DNA of 56,076 bases, from positions 1 to 56,076 of the IMG/VR virus record IMGVR_UViG_3300034093_001920. One strand, 5' to 3'. The position numbers were made by a program, and so were the translations under genes. Every line of letters starts with the position of its first letter. The first letter of the stretch is position 1. The notes beneath the pieces are model-generated. The model ran no database searches. It was not told the origin of the DNA and saw only the letters and a program-made list of their open reading frames with translations. This DNA is from a virus. Its lineage: Duplodnaviria; Caudoviricetes. Shown in pieces: positions 39,490-47,782 of this stretch.

Positions 39490-40035
39490 TTATTCTCCGA
39501 AGAATGTCGGTACGATGCGTGCTGTGCGCCCTCTGTCCGTGTAGTAACGAATATCCGCGCTGTTGACTTTCTTTTGGGCAAGAGCGAGGCTACCACACCA
39601 GTTGGATGCGAAGTATTCTCCGACTGTCGGATGTCCGTCGGCAATAGCCTTGTCGCGTTTGTCTTCGATGTTTTTGATGCGTTCAGCGATGTTGTCTCGC
39701 GCCTCGGCGTATCTCTCAACCGAATACCACTTGGCGTTGCTGTCGATGGCTGACAAGATGTTCCTAGTTTTGTCTTCCTCGCTCAACCAGTTCCATGCGC
39801 TGATGCGGTTAGTGTCGCTGACATTCTCGGCGTACATTTGTTCGGCAATCTCTTCTGGGGTCTTGTTGTGACTTTCCCAGTTATCGTTCTCATTGTCTAT
39901 CAACCTGTTGAGGTCAGCGATGTACCCCTCAATGCTTTGGGGGCTTATCTCAATCAGGTGGGTGTACTCGCGGAACGAACTGCGCTTGGCAATCGTGCCG
40001 TCAGCAAGTTCGACTTTGTAATGAAACTTTGGCAT
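39490..40035 (-). CDS. Hypothetical protein
   Basis: AGGAG SD, 181 aa. Confidence 0.65.
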   Translation of the reverse strand: MPKFHYKVELADGTIAKRSSFREYTHLIEISPQSIEGYIADLNRLIDNENDNWESHNKTPEEIAEQMYAENVSDTNRISAWNWLSEEDKTRNILSAIDSNAKWYSVERYAEARDNIAERIKNIEDKRDKAIADGHPTVGEYFASNWCGSLALAQKKVNSADIRYYTDRGRTARIVPTFFGE

Positions 40036-40044
40036 GGTGTTCTC

Positions 40045-40152
40045 CTAGTAGGACTGGTGGATAGCGACAAGCAGGTTACGGATAGCAGGAACAAGTCCGA
40101 AGTGCTTACGGACAACGCGGAAATCGCGAATGGCTTTGCGGATGTCTAGCAT
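40045..40152 (-). CDS. 35-aa basic peptide downstream of the ncRNA
   Basis: AAGGAG-N6-ATG, MLDIRKAIRDFRVVRKHF... Confidence 0.5.
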   Translation of the reverse strand: MLDIRKAIRDFRVVRKHFGLVPAIRNLLVAIHQSY

Positions 40153-40185
40153 GGGCATCTCCTTATGGATGTCTAACGGATAGAA

Positions 40186-40660
40186 TGGGGAGACAAGTTT
40201 GTGTCGGTCTCCCCAACGACAGCCCAGTTTCTCAATACCATGTGGCAGGGCACACTCCCCTCGTTGATACTTCGGAGAGGCAAACACTTCTACCACGCGA
40301 CCGAGGGGCGTACCCACCGCATCTCCTAGACTGCTCTACAACATCTCCCATAGGGCAAACAGCCCAACCCCTATGGCGTATCCTGTGTTATTCCGACACC
40401 ACACCCCACAGGCAAGGTATGGTGAAGTTGTCGATGCGGATTCGGAATCCTTGCTTGGAGTTTCTCGTACTCCCGAGGCGTTACGACTTCGCCCGATGCT
40501 GTCGGACACGGATGTCCGACAGAATAATGTGAGCAGTTGTTTCGACATACTCGGGTCGCTCCTCGGTGGCAATCGCTTGTTCTAAATAATGGCACTCAAC
40601 CTGAACAAGCGAACCACCGAGGAGTGGTGTTGAGTGAGGTCAGTTTTCCGCCGTGACCTA
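40186..40660 (-). ncRNA. Large structured non-coding RNA candidate (~480 nt)
   Basis: About 10 stems plus several loop and long-range complements in the only long gap of a tightly packed operon. G-U pairs favour the minus strand. Confidence 0.7.
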
Positions 40661-40667
40661 GGGGGTT

Positions 40668-41324
40668 CTAGCGCGCATCCAACTGCGCGTACATCTTCTC
40701 GACCAGTTCCTCGAACAACTTGTAGTCGAGGGAGACACTACCCGAGAGTGTGGGGTCTGCCTTGGTGCGCTGTTCATCGAGCCAGCGGTGGCTGTCCTGT
40801 CGGATGTGGATGTTTATCTCTCGGTCAGCAGGGTCGAACTTCCGACCGAGGAGACCCTCTACGGTGTCACGGACACTCGTAGTGCGAGACTCTGCCTCAC
40901 GCCGACCACGCTCTTCTGCCTCTTGGATGATTGAGCGTGTGCGCGCATCTTCCGCATCTTGGTCTTCTTTTGCCTTGGCGTAGTCATCCCACAACTTCTG
41001 GGTCGTGGTGTCGTACACTCCGAGAATGGTCTGACCGTCAACGAGGGTCTTGACCTTTTCGACCGAGCCGTCTTGCTTTGTCATCGTGGTCGTGATGTAG
41101 TACCGCTTGGTGCGCGACTTGGGGTCAGTCGGTGTCCAGAGGCTACTGGCATCCGACATGGCGCGCCAGTACAGCCCTGACCAATGAGGCTTTTGGAAGT
41201 TGGCGTGAGATTCGAGGACAGCGATGACCGAGTTGGTCATGTTGGCTCGGTGTAGTTCGCTGGCGCGCTCGGATACAACAATCTTCGAGCCGACTGGGAT
41301 TGCGAGGACTTCTGCGTGTTTCAT
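40668..41324 (-). CDS. Hypothetical protein (directly upstream of the ncRNA)
   Basis: AAGGAG SD, 218 aa. Confidence 0.65.
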   Translation of the reverse strand: MKHAEVLAIPVGSKIVVSERASELHRANMTNSVIAVLESHANFQKPHWSGLYWRAMSDASSLWTPTDPKSRTKRYYITTTMTKQDGSVEKVKTLVDGQTILGVYDTTTQKLWDDYAKAKEDQDAEDARTRSIIQEAEERGRREAESRTTSVRDTVEGLLGRKFDPADREINIHIRQDSHRWLDEQRTKADPTLSGSVSLDYKLFEELVEKMYAQLDAR

Positions 41325-41369
41325 GGTTTGGTTCTCCTTATGGATAGTTGAGGTGTTGCTTACGGACGG

Positions 41370-41888
41370 TTAGACGATGCGACAATGCGTGAGGATAGTC
41401 GAGGTCGAGCCTCGGAAGTCATCGACTCCCTTGACCTTACCCACTATTGTAACCTCGTCACCCACGGCGAGGTCGTTCACCCAGTCGCGTGTCGTGAATG
41501 TCTTGACTCGGTGCTTGTCGTTGATGAAGACGAGCAGGGTTGTTCCACCAAAGCCCGAGTAGATGTCGCGCTTGGAGTCGAGCCGACCTGTGAACCGAGC
41601 CTTGTCACCAACGCTTACGGACAGAGCCGTCAGAGTATCCGACAGGGCACGCTGGGCATTGAGATACGGTGTCGCGATGTTGCGGATGCGGTCGATGAGG
41701 AATGATGCTCCCGATGAGTTGATGCCGTCAAGAGTGTCATCCTCGATGCCAACTGCTTGGACGAGTTTGAGTGCGTACCCCAACTGCTTGTCCGATGCTG
41801 GGTAGCGCGAGGACATGGTGCGTGCCGTGGCAAGAGTCTCACGGACAGCCTCGATGTCGGCATTGGTGAGGAGTTCGGTATCAGTCAT
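41370..41888 (-). CDS. Protein with C-terminal OB-fold-like domain
   Basis: 'ASDKQL' motif; VGDK..F.G...GDEVTI.GKVK...Y/F.G...T.LT. Confidence 0.55.
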   Translation of the reverse strand: MTDTELLTNADIEAVRETLATARTMSSRYPASDKQLGYALKLVQAVGIEDDTLDGINSSGASFLIDRIRNIATPYLNAQRALSDTLTALSVSVGDKARFTGRLDSKRDIYSGFGGTTLLVFINDKHRVKTFTTRDWVNDLAVGDEVTIVGKVKGVDDFRGSTSTILTHCRIV

Positions 41889-42023
41889 GAGTTTGACCCC
41901 CTAGTGTGGTAAAGCAGTCGTGGCAAAGGATGTCGAAGTTTAGATACCCAGTACGAGTCCACTCCGAGCCACCCCATTCGGGAATGGTAAGTTGCGTACA
42001 GCGTTCGCAGGTTTCGAGTTCAG

Positions 42024-42248
42024 TCATGATTGGTCTCCTACGAAGTTGAGCAGAGGGGTGATGTTCCCCTCGCGGTCTAGGGCGAGTTCGATGTTGTCGC
42101 GGATAACGCTACGACCGTTGGCAAGAAGAATCTCGATAACGATTTCACGGAATCGCTCGGCGGTAGGCGTGTACCCCTTGCCGTATCCCTCACCTACTTC
42201 ATAGGCAAGAGCATCGAGAGCGAGGTTGTTGGTGAGTTCTTTGGACAT
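42024..42248 (-). CDS. Hypothetical protein
   Basis: MSKELTNN start, AGGAG SD. Confidence 0.55.
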   Translation of the reverse strand: MSKELTNNLALDALAYEVGEGYGKGYTPTAERFREIVIEILLANGRSVIRDNIELALDREGNITPLLNFVGDQS

Positions 42249-42268
42249 GATTGTTCTCCTGATGTTTG

Positions 42269-42303
42269 TGTCGGACAGCCTCACGGATAGAGGCTGTCCG
42301 ACA
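42269..42303. repeat. 14-bp perfect inverted repeat built from CGGACAG motifs
   Basis: TGTCGGACAGCCTC-N7-GAGGCTGTCCGACA. Confidence 0.85.
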
Positions 42304-42309
42304 GGGTGA

Positions 42310-44196
42310 TTAGTTTGCGAGGTTGCGGGCTGTCGCGGTTGCGACCAACTCGCGACCGAGAGCGATGATGCCTCGGACTTCGCTGATGTCGGCAACGAAC
42401 TCGAATCCGTGGTCGTTGTCGATGCGGTAGCCTGTGTTGAGATTGACGAGACCTGTAAGGACTCCGCCGAGGCGCAGGTCACTCGCAATCTTGTCGCACT
42501 TATCTTCGCTCTCCCATTGACCGTCCGTAATCGTAAGCATGACCTTGATTGCTCGGGTCGAGTCAGCGAGGATGCCTTGTGCTTTGGAGAGACCAACGAG
42601 AGGTTCAGTACCACCGCTGTGGTGGCTGTGTCGCATCTGACTGGTCGCGCTGTCACCCGAGCCGTAGAGGACTTCCGAGTCCGAGGCAAAGGTGATGACA
42701 GTCGTGCTGGCGTTCACCGTGTCGAGTGCGCGCTTGACCGCCCACATCGCCTCGAACGCCTCACGGCGAACACCGCTCATTGAGCCAGAGACATCCAGCA
42801 GGACAACACACTCGATGTCCACAGCATCCTCACGACCAACCTCGAATCGGTCGAACGCGGTGTCGAAGTCCTTGTCTGCCAGCCAGCGACCAAGGTTGAC
42901 CTTGCCAGACGAGACCTGCCTGTTCCAGCCAGAGTCGTGCTTGGCTTGGAGTTCTTCGAGGACTCGGGCAAAGCCGTTGGATGCTTGTGCCGTCTCGGGA
43001 GTGACCGACTCCATGTCGTAAGTTGCCTTACGGATGTTCTGGTCGACTCCGTTGAGGGGGTTCTCCATGCCGTTGATAGCGTTGGCATCGTTGATGATGT
43101 CTTCCCGAGCCTCGTTCACAACCTTGTCGAGAGCATCGCGGAGAGTGTCGACAATCGACTCGCCAGTTCCAGCACCCTGACCGTCAGAGGGCTGGTCATC
43201 GTCCGAGTCATCGTTCGACTGTGGAGCAGGGTTGCTCGGTGACGGCGACTTGTTTGTGCTGGGCGTGCTGTCGGATGAATCGTCCGTAGGCTGTCCGTTA
43301 GAACCGCCCGACTCTTCATCCCCGTCCGAATCCGAGTCGCTCGGAGCAGGGTTGCTCGGAGCAGGTTCGGGTGGAGCAGGGTTGCTCGGGAACTGTGGCT
43401 CGGGCTGGTTGCTCGGCGCACGCTCGGAATCCTTGGACTGTTCGGACTGGGGTACAGGTCGAACCGACCCCGACTCCTGTGACGAGCCACCCTTACATCC
43501 ACCCTCGGGCGGAGTGAACTGATTGAGCAGGTGGTAGAACTCTTCGAGCAGAGCCTCGCCTCGGTCGTTGTCCTTGGGGAAGACGAGAAGACGGTACTCG
43601 TCAATCACTCGGGCAAGGTCGGGCATGAGTTCGGGTCGAGCGAACTTGTCGGCAACTGCCTGTCGGACATCCAACGGCAGGTACTTGCGACCATGAGTCA
43701 GGATGAACGCTCCCGATACATCGTCCTGTCCGAGAATCAGAGTGAGGACGGTTGGGGTGAGCCAGAGTCGTGCCGACTTGCCCCAGCGACCAGTCGCGAG
43801 AGTCTCGATGCGCTGGTCTTCGAGGATGTTGAGTTCGCGAGTGTAGCCGTTGTCGATTGCGAACTTGGTGATGCCAGCACCCTTGCGAGGCGTGTACAGG
43901 ATGTGGAGCATCTCGTGGACGGACAGACCCTTGTTGGATGCGATGTCCGACAGGCTGTCGAATGAGAGCGACTCGGAGTCGAACCAGATTTGCGTGGGAA
44001 TCGACCAAGCAGGGGCAGGTGCTTTGCCCGAGGCGCGAACATCGTGGAGCGTGACCTTGATTGGAGACCAAGTGTCGAGCGACTGCTTGACCACGGTGTT
44101 GATGAACTTACGGCTGTGTTCGATGAACCGAGCCTTGCGCTCGGCATCGGGGTCGACAGCCGACAATGGGCTGGACTGGAAGTTGGGGGTAGACAT
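42310..44196 (-). CDS. vWA-domain protein with N-terminal HExxH domain (CobT-like)
   Basis: HEMLH...N.LED.RIE, acidic/Pro linker with SNPAP repeats, MIDAS DVSGSM, GGT, ITDG. Confidence 0.88.
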   Translation of the reverse strand: MSTPNFQSSPLSAVDPDAERKARFIEHSRKFINTVVKQSLDTWSPIKVTLHDVRASGKAPAPAWSIPTQIWFDSESLSFDSLSDIASNKGLSVHEMLHILYTPRKGAGITKFAIDNGYTRELNILEDQRIETLATGRWGKSARLWLTPTVLTLILGQDDVSGAFILTHGRKYLPLDVRQAVADKFARPELMPDLARVIDEYRLLVFPKDNDRGEALLEEFYHLLNQFTPPEGGCKGGSSQESGSVRPVPQSEQSKDSERAPSNQPEPQFPSNPAPPEPAPSNPAPSDSDSDGDEESGGSNGQPTDDSSDSTPSTNKSPSPSNPAPQSNDDSDDDQPSDGQGAGTGESIVDTLRDALDKVVNEAREDIINDANAINGMENPLNGVDQNIRKATYDMESVTPETAQASNGFARVLEELQAKHDSGWNRQVSSGKVNLGRWLADKDFDTAFDRFEVGREDAVDIECVVLLDVSGSMSGVRREAFEAMWAVKRALDTVNASTTVITFASDSEVLYGSGDSATSQMRHSHHSGGTEPLVGLSKAQGILADSTRAIKVMLTITDGQWESEDKCDKIASDLRLGGVLTGLVNLNTGYRIDNDHGFEFVADISEVRGIIALGRELVATATARNLAN

Positions 44197-44245
44197 GGTG
44201 TGAACCTTTCGGGTTGGGATGATGTGGGGTTGTTTGTGCTGGGAT

Positions 44246-44279
44246 GACGGCTGACGGACACCCCTATCCGTCAGCCGTC
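44246..44279. repeat. 13-bp perfect inverted repeat between the AAA and vWA genes
   Basis: GACGGCTGACGGA-N8-TCCGTCAGCCGTC. Confidence 0.8.
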
Positions 44280-44291
44280 CGTAAGCCTCGG

Positions 44292-45596
44292 TTAGACCGA
44301 GGCTGTGAACGCGATGCCCAACTCGCCACAGATGTTCGAGGCGTTGAGGTCGAGCGTGTTGGCGATGCCACCACGGTCTGGAACTTTCATCGAGTTCAGG
44401 AGAGAGTGTCGTGCGAACTCCCAGCCCAACTCCGTGTTGCTCACGAAGTCTTTGAGTACTCGGGTCGAGAAGATAGAACTGAACTCGCCCAACTCGTACT
44501 GGTCGCGGATTGCGAACGCGACATCCAACAGCGACTTGCTGGGGATGAACTTGGACTCGATGTCGCGGTCATAGGTGAACTCGACCTTGATGCCGTAGCG
44601 GTCGAGGAACGCCTCGTCTGGCTGTGCGACTCCCTTGTAGTTCCAGTTGCCGTCAGCGATAATGAGGCACTCGGGGTGAATCTTGATGACCTGCCCCTTG
44701 TCTCGGGTCATGCGAATCTCGCGCTCCATGAGAACAGCGAGGAAGTACGAGTTCGCCTTGGGAGACATACGAGTTGCCTCGTTGATGAGGACAACGGACG
44801 GCTGTTGGATAGCATCCACCAGCGCGCTGTTGCGCCACTCGAAGTGCCCCTCGGCAGTCGGTATGAGTTCGCCCTGAATCTGCCCCTCGTCCATGCTCGG
44901 GTCACAGTTGACCGTTGCGAACGGCACGCCACGGCGCGATGCCTGACGGCGCGCGCTGGTCGACTTGCCAGTTCCAGCGTGACCGCCGACCCAGACATTC
45001 CGTTGCTCACGGAGTGCCTTGTCGAAGAACGCATCCTCGGGTGTGCCAGCCACGACTCGTGGAATGTAGCCAGCGATGTCGGGGTCAGTCGGCAACGGAT
45101 AGAGCAGAGTCGAGTAGGCGTGAACCAACTCGGGCTGTCGGACAGGCTGTACGACAGGCGGTGCGACCTGTACGACAGGCGCGACTGGTTCGACTGGGAC
45201 AGGCGGAGCGACAGCGACAGGTGGAGCGATGTTTGTGCTGGGCGCACCTTGTCCGTTGTACACGGAATCGAAGACAGGCTCGACAGGCGTGCTTGTCATC
45301 GTGGTGTCAGCGCGAACCTTGCGCTCGATGCTTTGGAGCAGGGTGGCTGGTTTCTCGCCAGCCTTGACCTGCTCGATGTTGTTGTCGGTCAGGGTGACGG
45401 TCAGCGGTGTGCCGACCAACATCTCGCCCATGTCGAATGTTGGGATGTCGAAGTTCCACGCGGTGTGGACTCCTTGACCTGCGCCGTTGTGTCGGGTGTA
45501 CACAATCGGGTCTCCGTTCGAGTCGTGAATCACGACTGTCTGTCGGATAGGGCTGTCGTATGAGGTACGACTCTGGATGATGCTTGCGGTGTTCAT
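44292..45596 (-). CDS. MoxR/CbbQ/CobS-type AAA+ ATPase
   Basis: GHAGTGKS, LINEA, N..Y.G...DEAFLDRY, STR. ATG 45596 with AAGGAG SD. Confidence 0.88.
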   Translation of the reverse strand: MNTASIIQSRTSYDSPIRQTVVIHDSNGDPIVYTRHNGAGQGVHTAWNFDIPTFDMGEMLVGTPLTVTLTDNNIEQVKAGEKPATLLQSIERKVRADTTMTSTPVEPVFDSVYNGQGAPSTNIAPPVAVAPPVPVEPVAPVVQVAPPVVQPVRQPELVHAYSTLLYPLPTDPDIAGYIPRVVAGTPEDAFFDKALREQRNVWVGGHAGTGKSTSARRQASRRGVPFATVNCDPSMDEGQIQGELIPTAEGHFEWRNSALVDAIQQPSVVLINEATRMSPKANSYFLAVLMEREIRMTRDKGQVIKIHPECLIIADGNWNYKGVAQPDEAFLDRYGIKVEFTYDRDIESKFIPSKSLLDVAFAIRDQYELGEFSSIFSTRVLKDFVSNTELGWEFARHSLLNSMKVPDRGGIANTLDLNASNICGELGIAFTASV

Positions 45597-45630
45597 GTTG
45601 CTCTCCTTGGTTGGGGTTACTTGGTTGGGG

Positions 45631-45861
45631 TTACTGCTTGGGCAGGGGGTGAGAATCGGTGAGTCGGGCGGTGAGGTCATCGCCCCAGAACATGGTGTCG
45701 AGGTTGTACACCGTGTCGGACAGAACGACCAGTCGCTCACGGACAACATCGCTGTTGCGAGTCGTGAGGTCGAATATCTTGGCTCTGCGGTTCAGGTAAA
45801 CATTGACGAGTTCATCCCGAACAATTCGGGCTGTCTTGCGGTCAAGGGTGATGTCGGTCAT
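45631..45861 (-). CDS. Hypothetical protein
   Basis: AAGGAG SD. Confidence 0.6.
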   Translation of the reverse strand: MTDITLDRKTARIVRDELVNVYLNRRAKIFDLTTRNSDVVRERLVVLSDTVYNLDTMFWGDDLTARLTDSHPLPKQ

Positions 45862-45891
45862 GAGTTGGTCTCCTTGGTCTGTCGGACGGAA

Positions 45892-46254
45892 TCAGATGCG
45901 CGCCATGCGTGCGAGTCGCTTGGCATCCGTAGGGCTGGTCTCGTTGAGTCGGACGAGGTAGTTGTGAACCGTCTCGCGAGGCAGGTTGCGAAGAATCCGA
46001 CCGACCAGAGTGCTGGTGGTCTGACTACGCGACCATGAGAGCAGGTGGGTAATCGTCATGGTGTCGAGGTCGAGTTCGAGGATGTCGGTCGACCAATGCG
46101 TGATGCCGTAGGTCGGGCGTGACTCGTTGGTCTCCATGTCGTACTTGTTCCAGCGAGTCGCGACAATCGTGTCGTTGTAGTTGTGGAACGAGGCGAGGTC
46201 GGCAACGAGCGAGTCAATCTTGTAGTTGGGGATGCGGTTGTTGGTCATGGTCAT
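45892..46254 (-). CDS. Hypothetical protein
   Basis: AAGGAG SD, 'SQTTS' motif. Confidence 0.6.
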   Translation of the reverse strand: MTMTNNRIPNYKIDSLVADLASFHNYNDTIVATRWNKYDMETNESRPTYGITHWSTDILELDLDTMTITHLLSWSRSQTTSTLVGRILRNLPRETVHNYLVRLNETSPTDAKRLARMARI

Positions 46255-46267
46255 GGTCTCCTTGGGG

Positions 46268-46417
46268 TTAGAGGATTGCGTTGATGTCATCGGACATCGC
46301 TCGGCTGGCGAACTCGTTGAGGTGAGTCTCGCAGAGCGAATCGTGGAACTGGACGATGAAGACATCGCCAGAGCAGGTGTTGGGCTGACGGTCGGCGTGA
46401 ACGCAGGTCGGGGTCAT
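46268..46417 (-). CDS. 49-aa Cys/His peptide (not in ORF track)
   Basis: ATGA coupling, MTPTCVH...LCETH. Confidence 0.45.
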   Translation of the reverse strand: MTPTCVHADRQPNTCSGDVFIVQFHDSLCETHLNEFASRAMSDDINAIL

Positions 46418-46704
46418 GCTTGCGCCTCGACCGTCTGGCGTGCCTTGGCAATCGCATCGAAGATGATGCGCTTGCGCGCTCCCTTGGGCATCGACTGGTA
46501 GAAGTCGAAGTCGACTGTTTCGAGAGACTCGGCAATTCGGTTCACCAGTCCGTAAGCGGTGAAGAGGACTTCTTCCTCGTCCTTGGTGAAGTGCCAGTAA
46601 TCGCCACCGACTACGGCAGACGGCGAGAGTTCGAGGTGCGTGGAGAAGAGGTACGCGATGATGCGTGCGTACTCTTCGCGACTTGGGGTCAGGTCAATCA
46701 TCAT
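46414..46704 (-). CDS. First gene of the leftward operon, hypothetical
   Basis: AAGGAG SD. Confidence 0.6.
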   Translation of the reverse strand: MMIDLTPSREEYARIIAYLFSTHLELSPSAVVGGDYWHFTKDEEEVLFTAYGLVNRIAESLETVDFDFYQSMPKGARKRIIFDAIAKARQTVEAQA

Positions 46705-46731
46705 GGGTCGGTCTCCTTGGGGTAGAGGAAT

Positions 46732-46936
46732 GGGGAGCGCACGATGCGCCCCCCAACAGATACAACAATACGCCTACGCCCCAACCACGATGACGATAGG
46801 TCGAAACTAATTCGAGGAGTTTCAGACCGACCAATCGAGGCGAGGCGAGACGAGAATCGGGGAGCGCGTATTGTCGCGCCCCCCAACAAAGACAACTTTA
46901 CGCCTACGCCCCAAGCAGGATGACGATAGGTCGAAA
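46732..46936 (-). repeat. Two ~75-bp direct repeats (promoter + GC hairpin), 130-bp period
   Basis: 46732-46806 compared with 46859-46936. Confidence 0.85.
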
Positions 46937-47131
46937 TTGCCCAAGAAATAATGTTTACCTGAAATCGCCCCTATCGTCATCGTAGATGGGGTCGTATGGT
47001 AGGGCGGGGGTTCGAGGGGGCGGCAGCCCCCTTATACCACAACACCCCAACTAGGATGACGATAGAGAGAAAGAGAATAAGAGAGAGAGGGAGAGAATAG
47101 TACACCCCGACCCCAACTAGGATGACGATAG
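46779..47131. promoter_or_regulatory. Five copies of a 21-bp motif, CCCCAWNNANGATGACGATAG
   Basis: At 46779, 46909, 47045, 47111 and inverted at 46971. -10-like hexamers sit 8 nt downstream. Confidence 0.8.
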
Positions 47132-47525
47132 CCCCAAACTGTTACCTGATAGTAACATTCGACCTGTACCGTAGACCTGGGGTCACCAGCGACCGTCTGA
47201 GCCGATTTAGCCACAGTAGCCATAATTAGTCACCTCGACCGCGTTAGCCCGTCAGACAGGCGCGTACGGTCTTACGGACGGTCTGTCCGACAGCCCCCAC
47301 CCGTTACCGCAACCCGCGAGATGGCCCCCCAGGTCAGACGCCCAGGTAACGATGGTCATCCTAGGCAGTAGCCAAGGTGGCCCGTGTAAGCCATTGAGCG
47401 CCCCTGCAGCAAGGCCAAGGTGTCAGTTGGCGTAGAGAGAGTGTATACCCCCGCCAAGGACGCCAGAGGAGGGCTGAGGGCCTTTTAGAGGGTTATCCTA
47501 AGGTCGCCCCTGCTATCCTGAAGAC

Positions 47526-47690
47526 ATGACAACGAGCAAGCGCCAGTTCGCGGAGACCATTACGCAGAGGGAGCTCAATCGGCTACCCTACATGGCTGGC
47601 TATACTACTCACCTGTCCTTCTATCAGCCTAACATGCCCCCTGCTATCCCTGCGGTACCCATGGGAGTTCCCATCAAAGACGTGAAGTAA
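47526..47690 (+). CDS. 54-aa leaderless peptide, MTTSKRQF... (not in ORF track)
   Basis: TGcTATCCT-N6-ATG. Confidence 0.55.
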   Translation: MTTSKRQFAETITQRELNRLPYMAGYTTHLSFYQPNMPPAIPAVPMGVPIKDVK

Positions 47691-47782
47691 AGCGGGCCAC
47701 CATAGTCGGGGCGTTTTTAGGTAAGCCTGTGCTCTACTCTCTCTCTATGGCATACTTAATTATCTGAACTTAAGGAGCCACA

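Noticed and set aside
40457-40473. Sarcin-ricin loop mimic (AGUACGAGA on the minus strand)
   Set aside because: Only 9 nt match and the GGA continuation is missing. Plausibly chance.
40045-40595. ORFs 40185+, 40336-, 40371-, 40373+ and the long form of 40045-
   Set aside because: No convincing SD, no coupling, atypical composition. RNA structure explains the region better.
40186-40660. tmRNA, tRNA cluster, RNase P or group I/II intron
   Set aside because: No T-arm/CCA end or recognisable catalytic core by eye, and the flanking genes are not interrupted. A covariance search is still needed.
43224-43416. GGTTGCTCGG-core repeats as a DNA element
   Set aside because: They encode the SNPAP/SNQP linker repeats of the vWA protein
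44244-45563. 439-aa plus-strand ORF and other long antisense ORFs at 42-46 kb
   Set aside because: Shadows of the GC-rich AAA and vWA genes
45607-45635. Tandem TTGGTTGGGGTTAC x2
   Set aside because: Short local duplication next to an SD, with no further copies seen
46732-47131. Repeats as a CRISPR or mini-array
   Set aside because: Spacing is irregular, one copy is inverted and each is tied to a -10 box. They fit promoters better.
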